Assembly (NCBI RefSeq): GCF_021869535.1
Contig: NW_026262666.1
Span: 9,424,001-9,488,000 of the forward strand
Length of the DNA stretch: 64,000 bases
From: Mytilus californianus
Lineage: Eukaryota
Direction of reading: 5' to 3'
Position numbers and translations under genes: made by a program. The notes beneath the pieces were generated by a model. That model was not told the origin of the DNA. It searched no databases and worked only from the letters and a program-made list of their open reading frames with translations. Shown piece by piece: positions 40,577 to 52,300 of this stretch (its first letter is position 1; each line of letters starts with the position of its first letter).

Positions 40577-41985
40577 ATGGCTTCTAAGTACAAGGAAGAA
40601 GAAATTGTTGCGCAACAGCTAACAAGTCAAACAACACCTACAACTGAGATGATGAAGACTTTCGAAATGTTTGAATAGATGGGAGCAAAACCAAGGACTA
40701 AAGAATTTGATGATGGAATATCTGATATCACAAGGAGCATTCAAGGAACAGAAAGCTGAACCTACTATAAATCCACAACCACAACTTGTACCACTGTTAA
40801 GGACATAATCCAGAAATTAAACAGCATATATGGAAGCGTCGACAAGAAAGAAGAGCTTTTAGCTGAGTTTTATGGTTCAAGACAACGTAAGAAACAGAAA
40901 GCGTAACAGCATGGAGTTGTAAACTGGAAGGAATTATTGGAAAATCAATAAAAAGAGGACTTCTACGCCGACAATATTTGGATAACATGCTGCATGAAAT
41001 GATTTGGACAGGATTGAAACCACATCTGAAGGATATATCAGGACATTATGTATGATACTATTGGATATTTTGATTGACTACGGGTAGCTTTAAGGCATAT
41101 TGAGAGTGACAATTGCAACAGAAGTGAAACACAGACATCAGATGCCAAGACACAGATAAAAAACGCTATTACAACTCAACAAGAGGATGAAGGTCTACAA
41201 GAAATTAAAGGTTTGATTAATCAAATCCATGCCAGATTGGATTCGAAAGACATAAATATATATAAGGAAAATGACAGTTGTTGTTCATTCGTTCGATGTG
41301 TTTGAGCTTTTGATTTTGCCATTTGATTAGGAACTTTCCGTTTTTAATTTTCCTCGGAGTTCAGTATTTTTGTGATTTTACTTTATACATGGAATAGAAA
41401 CATCAGCATTATTAGATACCGGCTCAATAGTTTCAACCGTCAGCCAGTCTTTCTTTGAATAACACATACAGACACATTTAATGGAGATTGAAACTTTTCT
41501 TGATATAGAGGGTGCAGCAATTACCATACCTTGATCATACTGAGACTTATATACAGATACCAGGTCAACATCAAGATTACCCATGTGTATTTCTAGTTAT
41601 ACCAGACAGTAGATACAACAAGCAGGTTACGCTGCTATTAGGAACCAACACACTTTCAAACACCATAGATACACTAAAGGTAAGTATAGTAGGTAGATTT
41701 TAACAGGAAAGAAGCTTGACTACACCATGGTACCTAGCACTTAGATGTATTAAACAAATAGAGAAGCTTACGAATAACAGCAACCGTCTTGGAGTAATCA
41801 GAAGTATAGAGACATATTATATGGCATATAAAGTCCAAAACAGTACCACTATATTCATATATCACAATAACCGTCTACCGGTACATAGACAACGAAATAC
41901 CGTACCATGATTCACCAGCTATATTACAGTTATCACTGCTTGTCAAAAGTTACAACGATTTAGACATTGAACCAACAATTATCAG
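40577..41985 (+). mobile_element. Ty3/Gypsy LTR retrotransposon remnant: gag (PNMA-like) and aspartic protease, many stops and frameshifts
   Basis: ATG at 40577 (MASKYKEEEIV..); VKDIIQKLNSIYGSVDKKEELLAEFYGSRQ; WTGLKPHLKDISGH; protease ALLDTGSIVSTVSQSF (~41405-41455) and FLVIPDSRYNKQVTLLLGTN. Interrupted by a repeat at about 41265-41385. Confidence 0.75.
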
Positions 41986-42292
41986 GAGGGTAGGAATGCC
42001 CTTGATCGTCAGGCGTCAAACGGTCATTTTCGGCTACCGTTAACGTCAAATTGGTTAAAATTTTACCGTGATTCGTCAAAATATCCTTATCGTGATTCGT
42101 CAGAGGTCTCAAGAATTATCGTTACAGTTATTTTTGGAAAAAAATTTAGCGTGATTCGTCAAATCAGTCGATTTTTTTAAAGTCTAAAAGAAAGTGTACA
42201 TCTTATCGTCATGCAACAAAAATTACCGTTAACGTCATTTGTCAAGAATTTTTACCGTTATTCGTCATGCAGGTACCCCCATTACGACCCTC
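41986..42292. mobile_element. GAGGG-terminus MITE with 6-bp target duplication
   Basis: TATCAG|GAGGGTAGGAATGCCC ... CCCATTACGACCCTC|TATCAG; internal CGTGATTCGTCA and ACCGTTAACGTCA subrepeats. Confidence 0.88.
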
Positions 42293-43773
42293 TATCAGCT
42301 ACCGACCCGAAAGAATTAGTTTATATATGATGTTATTAAATGTATTATTATATTACAGGGTTTCTTTTGATGATTCGTTATATTAAAACTACACAGAACC
42401 CTACATTAGTCAACTATGCATTTACGCCCTAAATAGTGCGACTACATTTTTGCCGTCTTAATTTTTTTTATGTCCACAAATAGTAAAGATAAAACTTGAT
42501 GGTTGACCATTTGAGCAGCAAAGAGTTGCTGTTATTGACACTCAGTCTAATTCTATCTTTAGATATTCATGTCAATCACGACAGTCTAAATCAGTTTGTT
42601 TTTGTTAACAATGAAAAATGCTAGGGCGAAATGTAATCTAGTGCATAATATGTGATTTTTTTAATAATGTGTAGCAAGTTTGATATAAATTACCAAAAAC
42701 TTACATTTGCAAGGTTGACAAGAATATTAAAACAGTTCCCTATATGAACCAAATTAAAGTATAGCAATTTGTTAATAAAGTAATAACTATTTTATTTTTT
42801 CTCATATTCATTTATCTATCATCAACATAGATAATGAACAGTAGTATAATAGACAGCTTTAGAAAGCAAAGTTAAGCTAAACAACAGATTTAGATAATGA
42901 TAAATATTTTATTTAAGTTTTCTTAATTAATTTTATCAATTTTTTAGCAGCTGTCACCAGAATTATCTGTTTGTTTGTTTGTGTGTTTATTTTTGTTGTA
43001 ACTCAAAATTGAAATTATATTTTCCGATTTCGTAAAAAAAACCCAAAAAAACAAAAATAGTTTCTTATCGACTATTCAAATGAATCTATTTCACTGATGA
43101 AAATGCTAGAAGAATTAATTTACATTACCGCAGTAATTAACTTGAATATACATGTTGCTGCAAAGCAAATCATTAATATTACGACATGTATATATTCTGA
43201 CAAAACTATAACTTCTATTATATATTCATGCAAAGCACTTGCATTATTATGTACTCCCCATTTCGAATAATTCCATTCTATACAGACAGGAAATGAAATC
43301 ATTGTTAATATATATTTCAAACACGTTTGCCTATTAGTATATCTAAAATAAACCTCAAACATGAAATAAAAAAATCAATTGTCTGCTATTTAACAAAATG
43401 AAGTAGTTCTTGTTTATGCCAAGACCCGTCTTTCAATGTTAAACACGAATGAAAATTTTCTCCAAAATATTTCATGTTTGTTATTAATATTTTTTCATAT
43501 ATTTGTATAGTGTGAATTTTTTACTGTATTTAAAAGTCATTCATTTCAAATTGACACGCTAGACGATTAACAATAATTGTTGGTATGTTGAATAGAATCC
43601 ATAAGATCTATTTATAATTATAAGCTATTTAAAATATGATATACGTAATCTTGTTTGTGGAAAAAAATTCCACATAGTTTTATATAAACTCGGTGTCGAC
43701 GAGGCACCATTATGATTTCAAATTGGATAAAATATGCGTGCTAAATGCAGGAACATTGAATCAATTCAAGTGA

Positions 43774-45414
43774 TTGGCAATTGAGAGATTATGTCTTACT
43801 ACAGTGACATCTTATGAAAGACAGCCGTTGTTGAAATCAATAATGGAATGTTTAGAGCAAATTGTAAGTCAGGATAACATAGATCTGTATAATATTATAT
43901 TCAAATATACACTTCCTTTACCTATTGTCCACGAATCAACAAACAGGAGGAACATTAATGATGATATTTCGGAAACATTAATAAAGACAGAATATCCAGA
44001 AATTGACAGATTTTTGTGGGCCGGTAGTAAAAAGGAAGGATTTACAATTCCAATTACAGCAAACCAACCAAACAATTATGTTTATCTGATGTCCGACTTT
44101 GACTTAATTGCAGTTCTTTCAGGTATCATTGCCATAGATAAAAATGCTTCAATTACCGAACTACAACATCATGAGATTTTTCAAGTAAAAGATGCGCCTC
44201 ATCCTGGTTTTGTTAAACTGTTTTCAGTCGCTGATCAACAATTATTCGGCGTGAGATTTGATACGGATTGCTCCGGAAAAGTGCACTTTATGCGCAATAA
44301 CGATTGCAAAGCTACAATAAATATTCCGGTCAATGAAATTATCGATAAAAAAGTTGTACCTTTAACAAGTGTCACAGAAAAATCTGCACATGGTCCAGCA
44401 TTGTGCTTTAAAATAAAATCCGAACATCCGGCAGCGGCGAAAACTACAGTAATCGCAGGTACCGAAGTTGATGTTGTTCTAGCCGTAAAAATGGGTTCAT
44501 GGCCTCAAGCGGCAAATAATTGGCATGTAAGACAGAGAAGCTGTAACTGGCCATCTATGGATTTGATCAACAAAATAATGTGCTCCGCAATTCATTTAGT
44601 TCCTGTCGGTCATTCTAAAAGCGACAATTCAGAAAACGAATGGAGATACTCATTTACAATACCAGAGCGAATACTTGCGCAAAGTCTTAGTGTGTTTCAA
44701 AGAGCATGTTATATAATGGCAAAAATTTTCCTAAAGGCTGCATTTGCAGGCGACAAATGTATATCTCCATATCTTTTAAAAACAACAATGTTTTGGTTAT
44801 GCGAGGAAATACCATGCGATAACTGGACAGATGACAGAATGGGATATTTTGTCTTAATGCTTCTTTATCGTCTGCAATGTAGTCTTTGCAGACAAGAATT
44901 AAGACACTATTTCATACCAGAAAATAATATGGTCGATCATATCTCGTCAAAAGTTCTCTCCAATGTCGTTGAAAGATTAGCAGTGTGTATTAAAGACCCT
45001 TTGACATTTCTATTCAGTTTTACAGAGGCTCATAAATATTTTGGATTTTATGTGCATCCTTCAAAAGACATTTTCAACCCACTGATTGATTTATGTAAAT
45101 CAGAGTGGAATAAATCACCAAAAGATACGGAAATGATTAATTCGGCAATCCGTAACTTATTGTTGGAATTTGTAGGTCTGTATTCGTCATGGCTGAAAAG
45201 AAACATAGCGCCACCTGGTGATGTTATCACACGTCCATTTGCTGAACTGAAATTCAGGCTTCTGTTGGGAATCGCAAAAGATATTCAAAATATAGACAAA
45301 GCAAATACAATTGATATTATTGTTAATTCGATTGCAAACAAAATAGAAACTCACAATGCAGATAATGCTACCGAATTTTTGTCTTACGCAAAATCGTTTT
45401 TAAAGTCATTATAA
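43774..45414 (+). CDS. cGAS-like receptor (cGLR) / Mab21-family nucleotidyltransferase, single coding exon; first ATG at 43843 (523 aa)
   Basis: Uninterrupted 546-codon ORF. NTase GS motif AGSKKEG (44023); SDFD (Asp at 44095 and 44101); PHPGFVKL; HGPA; third acidic residue in EVDVV (44470); WP..W..R..WPS; HLVPVGH..EWRYSF; ISPYLLKTTMFWLCE; HYFIPENNM. These are typical invertebrate Mab21/cGLR signatures. Confidence 0.94.
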   Translation: MAIERLCLTTVTSYERQPLLKSIMECLEQIVSQDNIDLYNIIFKYTLPLPIVHESTNRRNINDDISETLIKTEYPEIDRFLWAGSKKEGFTIPITANQPNNYVYLMSDFDLIAVLSGIIAIDKNASITELQHHEIFQVKDAPHPGFVKLFSVADQQLFGVRFDTDCSGKVHFMRNNDCKATINIPVNEIIDKKVVPLTSVTEKSAHGPALCFKIKSEHPAAAKTTVIAGTEVDVVLAVKMGSWPQAANNWHVRQRSCNWPSMDLINKIMCSAIHLVPVGHSKSDNSENEWRYSFTIPERILAQSLSVFQRACYIMAKIFLKAAFAGDKCISPYLLKTTMFWLCEEIPCDNWTDDRMGYFVLMLLYRLQCSLCRQELRHYFIPENNMVDHISSKVLSNVVERLAVCIKDPLTFLFSFTEAHKYFGFYVHPSKDIFNPLIDLCKSEWNKSPKDTEMINSAIRNLLLEFVGLYSSWLKRNIAPPGDVITRPFAELKFRLLLGIAKDIQNIDKANTIDIIVNSIANKIETHNADNATEFLSYAKSFLKSL

Positions 45415-45654
45415 TAACAATACAAATGTATTTTCTATGTGTAGTTTGACTAGCTTATTTCAAATTATAAATAATCGACAAAAAGATTATGGAAATCTCT
45501 AAAAGTACTTAATTGTAATAAATCAGTTTATTTGAAGCCTATTTCTTATTGTCAAAGGCAGACGGGAACTTCAGCACGTCATACTCAGGGCTCTTAGGTA
45601 ATGACCAATAAGCAGCATGCTATCACGTATGCTTCTCATACACCAGGGGGGTAA

Positions 45655-46055
45655 GTTGATTTGCAACAAATTAAACAGTCGTAAGGCCTGCTTTATGCTT
45701 CACTGTAAATTTGAGCATGTATGTAGTATCCCGGCATGTACCGATAAACATCCAGCTTAGCATACGAAAAACTAAGTCTTTGTGTATACATTATATGTCT
45801 GCATGGACAGAAAAACTTTGATATTAATGTTCCCATTCCAAAAAATATTCGCTCATAAATCACCCTTCAGCGAAACCCAGTAGCCTCATTAATGAACAGG
45901 CCAAACAACAGAAACTGGGAATGGAGATCATGTCTTTGTAAATACACTTCCAAAAATAAGCCGTCCACTCGGAGTGATCCAAAAAACCTGACGGGGGATA
46001 TTGAATTGATTATGACTGTGGCAGACCAATGGGTTCTGAAGTGAATGATTTTTCA
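45655..46055 (+). mobile_element. Probable DIRS-type retrotransposon remnant (gag zinc finger and start of RT)
   Basis: ICNKLNSRKACFMLHCKFEHVCSIPACTDKHPA* (45659-45760) and KKPDGGY*IDYDCGRPMGSEVNDF (~45980-46050), which resemble DIRS gag end and RT start motifs. Confidence 0.5.
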
Positions 46056-46213
46056 GGTAAATTTGACAAACATAGTTGGGGATTCACATGTGTAGCAGGA
46101 AAGGCTAAGTCATTTACACACACCCAAACTTCCTCCTCAATCATCTTGACTATTTACCAAAGTTATAAAGACATTTCATAAAATAGCTGCACAAAACATT
46201 TCCCTACCGAATA

Positions 46214-46392
46214 GACCTTATCGCTATTTGGGAATCTGCGCCGTTTGACCCGAGAATCTGCTCTGCTTGAACTATTGATGTCATACAACAATCACTTTTG
46301 CATTGTTGCGTCCGATACTTTCTATTGTGATCTCAAAAATTATCGGAAACCTTTTTGTCGTTCAGTAATGGCGGACGAATAGCGATAAGATG
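46214..46392. mobile_element. TA-target MITE, same family as 1438-1605
   Basis: TA|GACCTTATCGCTATTT ... AATAGCGATAAGATG|TA; the interior is the reverse complement of the 1438-1605 interior. Confidence 0.8.
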
Positions 46393-47362
46393 TATGGCAT
46401 CACACTATAAACCTAATCTAAAAATGGATTATGAGGACATGGCGTAATTTAACATAGCAGGGCCAATAAGTGCTCGTACCTACTGGAAAAATGCCAAGAC
46501 AGTTACATTTATATTCATTGGTAAGATACTTCCGAAAATGAAAACTTCAGAAACTGCACTCCAAAAGGTTTATTTCAAATTCATCTTTTATTTTTATTTA
46601 AATCGACAGTTTGGGGTGAGAAATCAGTGTTAATTTATGCAGGACACAGTTATGATAACCTTTGATTTTCAATAATTTTAGAGTTTGTACGAATAATTTT
46701 TCATATCTGTTTGACATTACAATATAATGTTGGAAGTGGAATCTCTGCAATAAGTTTTGTTTCTTGACATTTGGTATTTACCATAATCAAATAATAACCA
46801 ACAAAGACTCGTACAATCGTAGAATGAAATGACAATAACAGTTAACACTACACATTAAAAATATTAGAAACAACTCGAACTCCACGGAAACATGCAGTGA
46901 AATCAGGTGCTCCGGATGAGTATGCAATTTTGCAGCGTTAACATCACTCGTCGTTTTGTTTCATTTTCATATGCGGTATAGATGGATGATTAATTTAAGA
47001 CAGAGAAAGTACATTTTAGTCAATCAACCATTTTGTCAACAGCATTTACTAAAATATTACAATTTGCACTGTTACAACTTTTATTTCAAAGCCGATCCCC
47101 TACTGTTTTCTGTTCACATTATGCAAGCAATATTTTCTGTTAACCAATAACCACCAACTGTAACCACTATTGCCTTCAGTTGTTGATGATATTGATCCTT
47201 CACGTCACATCAGCTATATTTGACTTAAGTTTGTAAAATTAAAACCTAAAGGAAAAAGGTGCCGTGAATTACAAATTCGATCGCACCAGACGGCACTTGT
47301 ATTTAAAAAAAAATAATGTCAAGCTCGATTGCAGACATTGCGTGATATATGAAACATATTAA

Positions 47363-47749
47363 GGATGTTCGCTACTGTTTTAAAATAACAAGCTTTTTAA
47401 AAGACTGTTATAAATTGATAGTATATGAATAAAGAAACTAAAAAAGCAGAAAAAAATGAGAGGTCCGTGTGCTTGTTTTCGAGATATAAGCCATTGAAAA
47501 TTTGGCGGGAAATAATTCTCTCTAGATTTTTCATACATTTAACATTGGCACCTTTTTTCTTTCAGAAACGATGAAAAAATAATAAGGATCTTATAAGATT
47601 TTCAAAGATGACATTTTAATTATATGTAACCAAATCATGGAAAGAAAAGTAGGTGTTAGTGGGCAAAATTTTTTAATGTCACTACATGGACAATAACAGA
47701 GGATTCCGAATTTCTGGCAATAATTCAAAAACAAAAGGAGCGAACATCC
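47363..47749. mobile_element. TTAA-target MITE (Kolobok-like)
   Basis: TTAA|GGATGTTCGCT ... AGCGAACATCC|TTAA. Confidence 0.82.
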
Positions 47750-47799
47750 TTAAGTTTCAACAAACAATTCCTATTATTCTTTTTATCAGACACGACAAC

Positions 47800-48472
47800 A
47801 ACTCACAGACATATAAGATACAGAAACTGCGATTCGTATAAGCAGTCGAAGAACCTGAAATCCGTGGTATGGACATAGAGGACTGTGAGGAAAGTAAACA
47901 GTAGATAGAGGAAATATGTTTGGAAGATATATCTCATGCACTGAAGGGAGACAAGGTCTTTTGACAGCTATGGAGTTTGAATGAACAAGCCAGGTAAACC
48001 AAAATGGGAAAAGTGCATCGAAAAGTTTGATACTTAAAAAAGGTGAATCAAAATTGATTTGTGAACTGAGTCAGAATTAAAGATTGTCAGAAGACTGTTA
48101 TTCATATACACAGTAATGGTATTGTTGAAAACCTAAACTGAACGATTGAAGACGCGCTCATCAAATACGTTATAAAGTACCATACGGGTTTTGAGAGACC
48201 ATATGATATATTGGTGCACGAAAACGAGAATACCAGATTTTACACAAACAAGATCTTATAACAAGCTTAAAAAAGCTTATGAAGTCGATAGTACACAAAG
48301 CACAACAAAACCGAACAAGAAATCAGGAGTCGGTTTCACAAAAAACTTACGACTAAGATTGATCGTAAATCATGAACAATTCAGTATACTTACGACCAAT
48401 CTAAGTCGTAAGTGTTTTTGTGAAACCGAGTCCAGAGCAATTCATGAGGGAGATAATTATTTGATTTTATAA
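47800..48472 (+). mobile_element. Heavily decayed LTR-retrotransposon pol/integrase remnant
   Basis: SNGIVENLN*TIEDALIKYV (~48112-48172) matches the integrase catalytic-Glu motif (NG.vER.NrTl); surrounding frames are broken. Confidence 0.55.
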
Positions 48473-48634
48473 ATATTTCCGATTCTTTAAGCAAATACCA
48501 TATTTCAGATTACTGAATAAAAGGACGATTTTATTTGTCGGATTTCCTGGATATAATGTGTTCCCTCTGGACAAAAAGGTCATTTACAATTGTCACTTTA
48601 ACATGTTTAATCATATTTAAACTTTTGATTTAAT

Positions 48635-49180
48635 TATTCTTAGGTCAACAATGGCGACTTGGCAAAACTTTCATCGAATTTTTATGAAATTTGGACAGAA
48701 GCTTGTTTATGTCCAACATACAGTATTAAGAGCAAAATTTTGAAAAATACTTATTTTCAATTTTCTATATTTTACTGATAAATGGACTTATTTTTTTTCA
48801 GTAAACATCCAGATTCAGTCTAATATTAAATGGTTTCAGTCATAAATAACTTTGGCTTACCTTCGTTGAATTTGATGAAATTTGAACAGAAGCTTGTTTA
48901 TGACAAAACATATAGTATCCAGAGCAAAGTTTTGAAATTATTTATTTTGTATTTTCCGTATTTTACTGCTAAATGGACTTTTTTCTACAGTTATATCATT
49001 CAGATTCAATCTGAAGTTAATGTTTAACTGTCATCAATAAATTTGTCACTCCTTCATGGAATTTTATGAAATGTGTACAGAAGCTTGATAATGTCCAAAA
49101 TACAGTATCCAGAGCAAATTTTTGAAAATATTTATTTCTTTTTTCCGTATTTTACTGATAAATGGATTTAGGTGTACCTG
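48635..49180 (+). repeat. HINE-like element core: three ~191-bp tandem monomers
   Basis: ACAGAAGCTTG anchor near 48693, 48884 and 49075, with a recurring TTTTACTGATAAATGGACT block; more diverged monomers at about 49850-50080. Confidence 0.7.
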
Positions 49181-49375
49181 TAAAACTTATTTCAAACGGG
49201 ATGGCACATCCTCATTGTTACGGAGATGTTCTTTATCGTGCCCGGAAATTTAGAAACGATCCTGGTTAACTTATCTATTCTAAAAGGTTACCACTCAAAA
49301 CTGTAATTAGATCTTTGAATATTTTTTTAATGGTATTAATATTGATTTTGTTATCAGTAAATTAAAAGCAAACTA
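49180..49375 (+). mobile_element. 3' fragment of the same Penelope-like family as 37560-39200
   Basis: Reverse complement of about 37790-37890 (AACTTATTTCAAACGGGAT(G/A)GCACATC..TGCCCGGAAATTTAGAAAC). Confidence 0.8.
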
Positions 49376-52300
49376 AATATTATAGTTATATACATATGCA
49401 CTTTCATGGATCTACATTCTGTCGATACCTGTATCTTGGCATTGCACAAGGTCATGTTTTTCTCTGACTATTTATGACGTCTTTATACTAAATCCGCTGG
49501 ATGTTGGATGTGTACTGATTGATAATGTATGCATGATTTTTTTTTATTAGTTGTTATTGGCTTTGAACTAGCTGTCAGTAACTTCGAGTACTCTCAGATC
49601 TGTACTAAGTTTACTCGTTTGAATTGTTCTACATGTGTCATTTCGGGATCTTTTATACCTGACTATGCGGTATGGGCTATGCTCATTGTTGAAGGCCATA
49701 TGGTGACATATAGTTGTTACTTTCTGTGTCATTTGGTCTCTTGTAAATAGTTAAGTCATTGGCAATCATTCCACATCTTCTTTTTTATATTATTTATTTC
49801 ATAATTAACAAGTAGTTACAAATTTGTTACACATCAAATACTTTGTCAAATATTCAAAGAATTTTATGAAAATTTAGCAGAAGTTTTTTTATGATAAAGA
49901 TAGATGGACTAATTAGTTTTTTACAGTTAAAATTTACAGACAGCCTTGGATTACTTTTTTTTGTTGACATAACAAGTTTGTAAACCATCATGGATTGTTA
50001 TGAAACTTGGACAGAAGCTAATCTCCAAGACCAAATTTTTTTTTAAAACTCTGTATTGTACTGATATATGGACTCATTTCTAAATCAACATGATTACACT
50101 TTTACACTGACAGCAGCAATCGTAGGAGCGAGAGACAGGGTTCTGAGGAACCCTTTACAATTATTTCTATTAATTCGTATGTCAAGTTGCAGCTGTAGTA
50201 TTATTGTTAAGGGGAAAATACTTGTATCCATAAGACAAAAGGACAAAGATGTGAATAGTCTTTATATTTCGACGTAACAAATGATTTTGGTCATATTTTC
50301 ATTGTCTTGTTAACAGGTTAAGCATATAATTGGCGAATTCGAACGATTGTAAAATGCAAAGATAATTAAGATTTCTACAAAATACTGTAAAGACATGGGC
50401 CAATTACTGGCGCTTTTATGGAGATTAACATGGGTTGCAAAATGACCATATTTGCTTTTAGCCAAGAGACATGATTTTTAGGGCCTATAGTAATAATTAC
50501 GTGATGAAAATATGTTCTCAATGGTCATATTCTATAAATTAAAAAAAAAGAATACTTCTACAAAGACACATTTCTGATTATTCTCCTGCTGATAATTTTT
50601 GCCATTTTTAATTTCACTTCATTTAGAAAATCTGATAGAGGCAGATATGTCAGTGTGTTTCGTGTGGGAGTTATCATAAAAAAGGTGATTTTGATAACTT
50701 TAATTGAAAAATTGCAACAGTAAAAGGTAAAAATGACAGTTTTGATCAAAATGGATGGAAGTTAGTCTTGACATTCTGACATTTCTGTTTCTATCAGATT
50801 TTGTATTTCTATAACGGTTGAAATGTTTGTTGGAAGGTGCGATAATCGAAAACATTTTTAGTTCCAGGTTTGGTACAGATTGGACCAGCAGAATCCGTGG
50901 AGAAGATATTTGTACGTTAACATAATCCTTTGCGCCAGGTTAGCTGAAATGTTGTGAGTCAAAATATTTTCAACTGCCGTCGTGTTGGAATGAACCGTCA
51001 CATAAATTATTGGCAATTATTTACTTGTTATGATCATAAGGATATTTGGTCTGACCTATGAACCAACGACCCCCCTTTTCGGGAAATCAAAGCGAACATG
51101 CTAAATGTACGCTACTGGTGCGGTAAGATATTTTCGGCTTCAAATATGTTTAATCTAATGTAAAAATCTCGAAACAAAGATGCTTGCTAAACTATGTTAG
51201 AATCATTTTAAAATCATGTTGAATCCTTACGTTCTTTGAATCCTTTTTATTGATAGATTTGTATTTCCGTTCTCGATATTATCCGTTCCGTTATGATAAA
51301 TTCTACAAAAGAGAGGTGCAAGATACCAAAAGTGACATTCAAACTCAAAGTCGAAAATAAATCGCCATGGCAAAAACAAGAAAAGACCAACAGACAAACA
51401 AAAGTACACAAAACATAAGATGAAACCCCAACAAAAACAGACTTATTCGGAAAGGATATAGTTACGATACTGTTGTCAAGTCATTAAGGATTGCATATTT
51501 TGGTATTAATATTGATTCACTCGTAGGGTCTTTGCATCGGAAATAAACACATTTATTCTAAAACCAGTTGTTGGCATGATACGGGTTGTGTTCTTCTCAT
51601 ATATTTTATGATGGTATGATACTAAACCCCTAACGGGAGGGATTGTACTTGATTTTCATATGATATGAGGGTGATCTCAGGAGTTCCAGAAGGGTAGGCG
51701 GATCCTGCTTCACGTGTTTCACCCGTCATGTTGTTCATGTTAGTATATACCCGGACGTATAAAGACATTATATAATAATGACAAAAAACTATTATAGTAA
51801 ACTGGTATCAACCTTACTATACAACTATTCAATAGATTCATAATAGTTTTCATTGTAATAATTTCAGATTTTGATATTGCTTAATGTGAACCTTCTGATT
51901 TTGAACAATATCTAAAATCATATTCATATTTCAATTCAAGCTTTTTTGAATATTGTATCTACAAATCACTCAGTTGTAACAAGGTGGTCACATTTATTTT
52001 GTATCGTGTATACTATTTCTATATGTAGACCTCCGTCACTAGTAAGATAATAACCATGATGATAAAACAAAATACAACAGTTGCGAAATTATTTTATTAA
52101 GATGAAAATATAATTTTGCATGTTCCTATTATTGAAAGTATTACACTTCATATGTTCTACCATCCCATACTCATACATCCACAATCACCGTTCCCTAGAC
52201 TGATGGATGTAACCCAAGAACAACACATGCATCGATAAACCAGTGGTGAAGTAATGTGAATCTATTAATACCGTCGCTCCGTTTCTATATTCTGGTCTGA

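Noticed and set aside
48191-48472. 93-aa ORF as a host gene
   Set aside because: Part of a frameshifted integrase-region relic.
50770-50960. GC-richer block with splice-like ends on both strands
   Set aside because: Most frames contain stops and no partner exons or recognisable motif were found.
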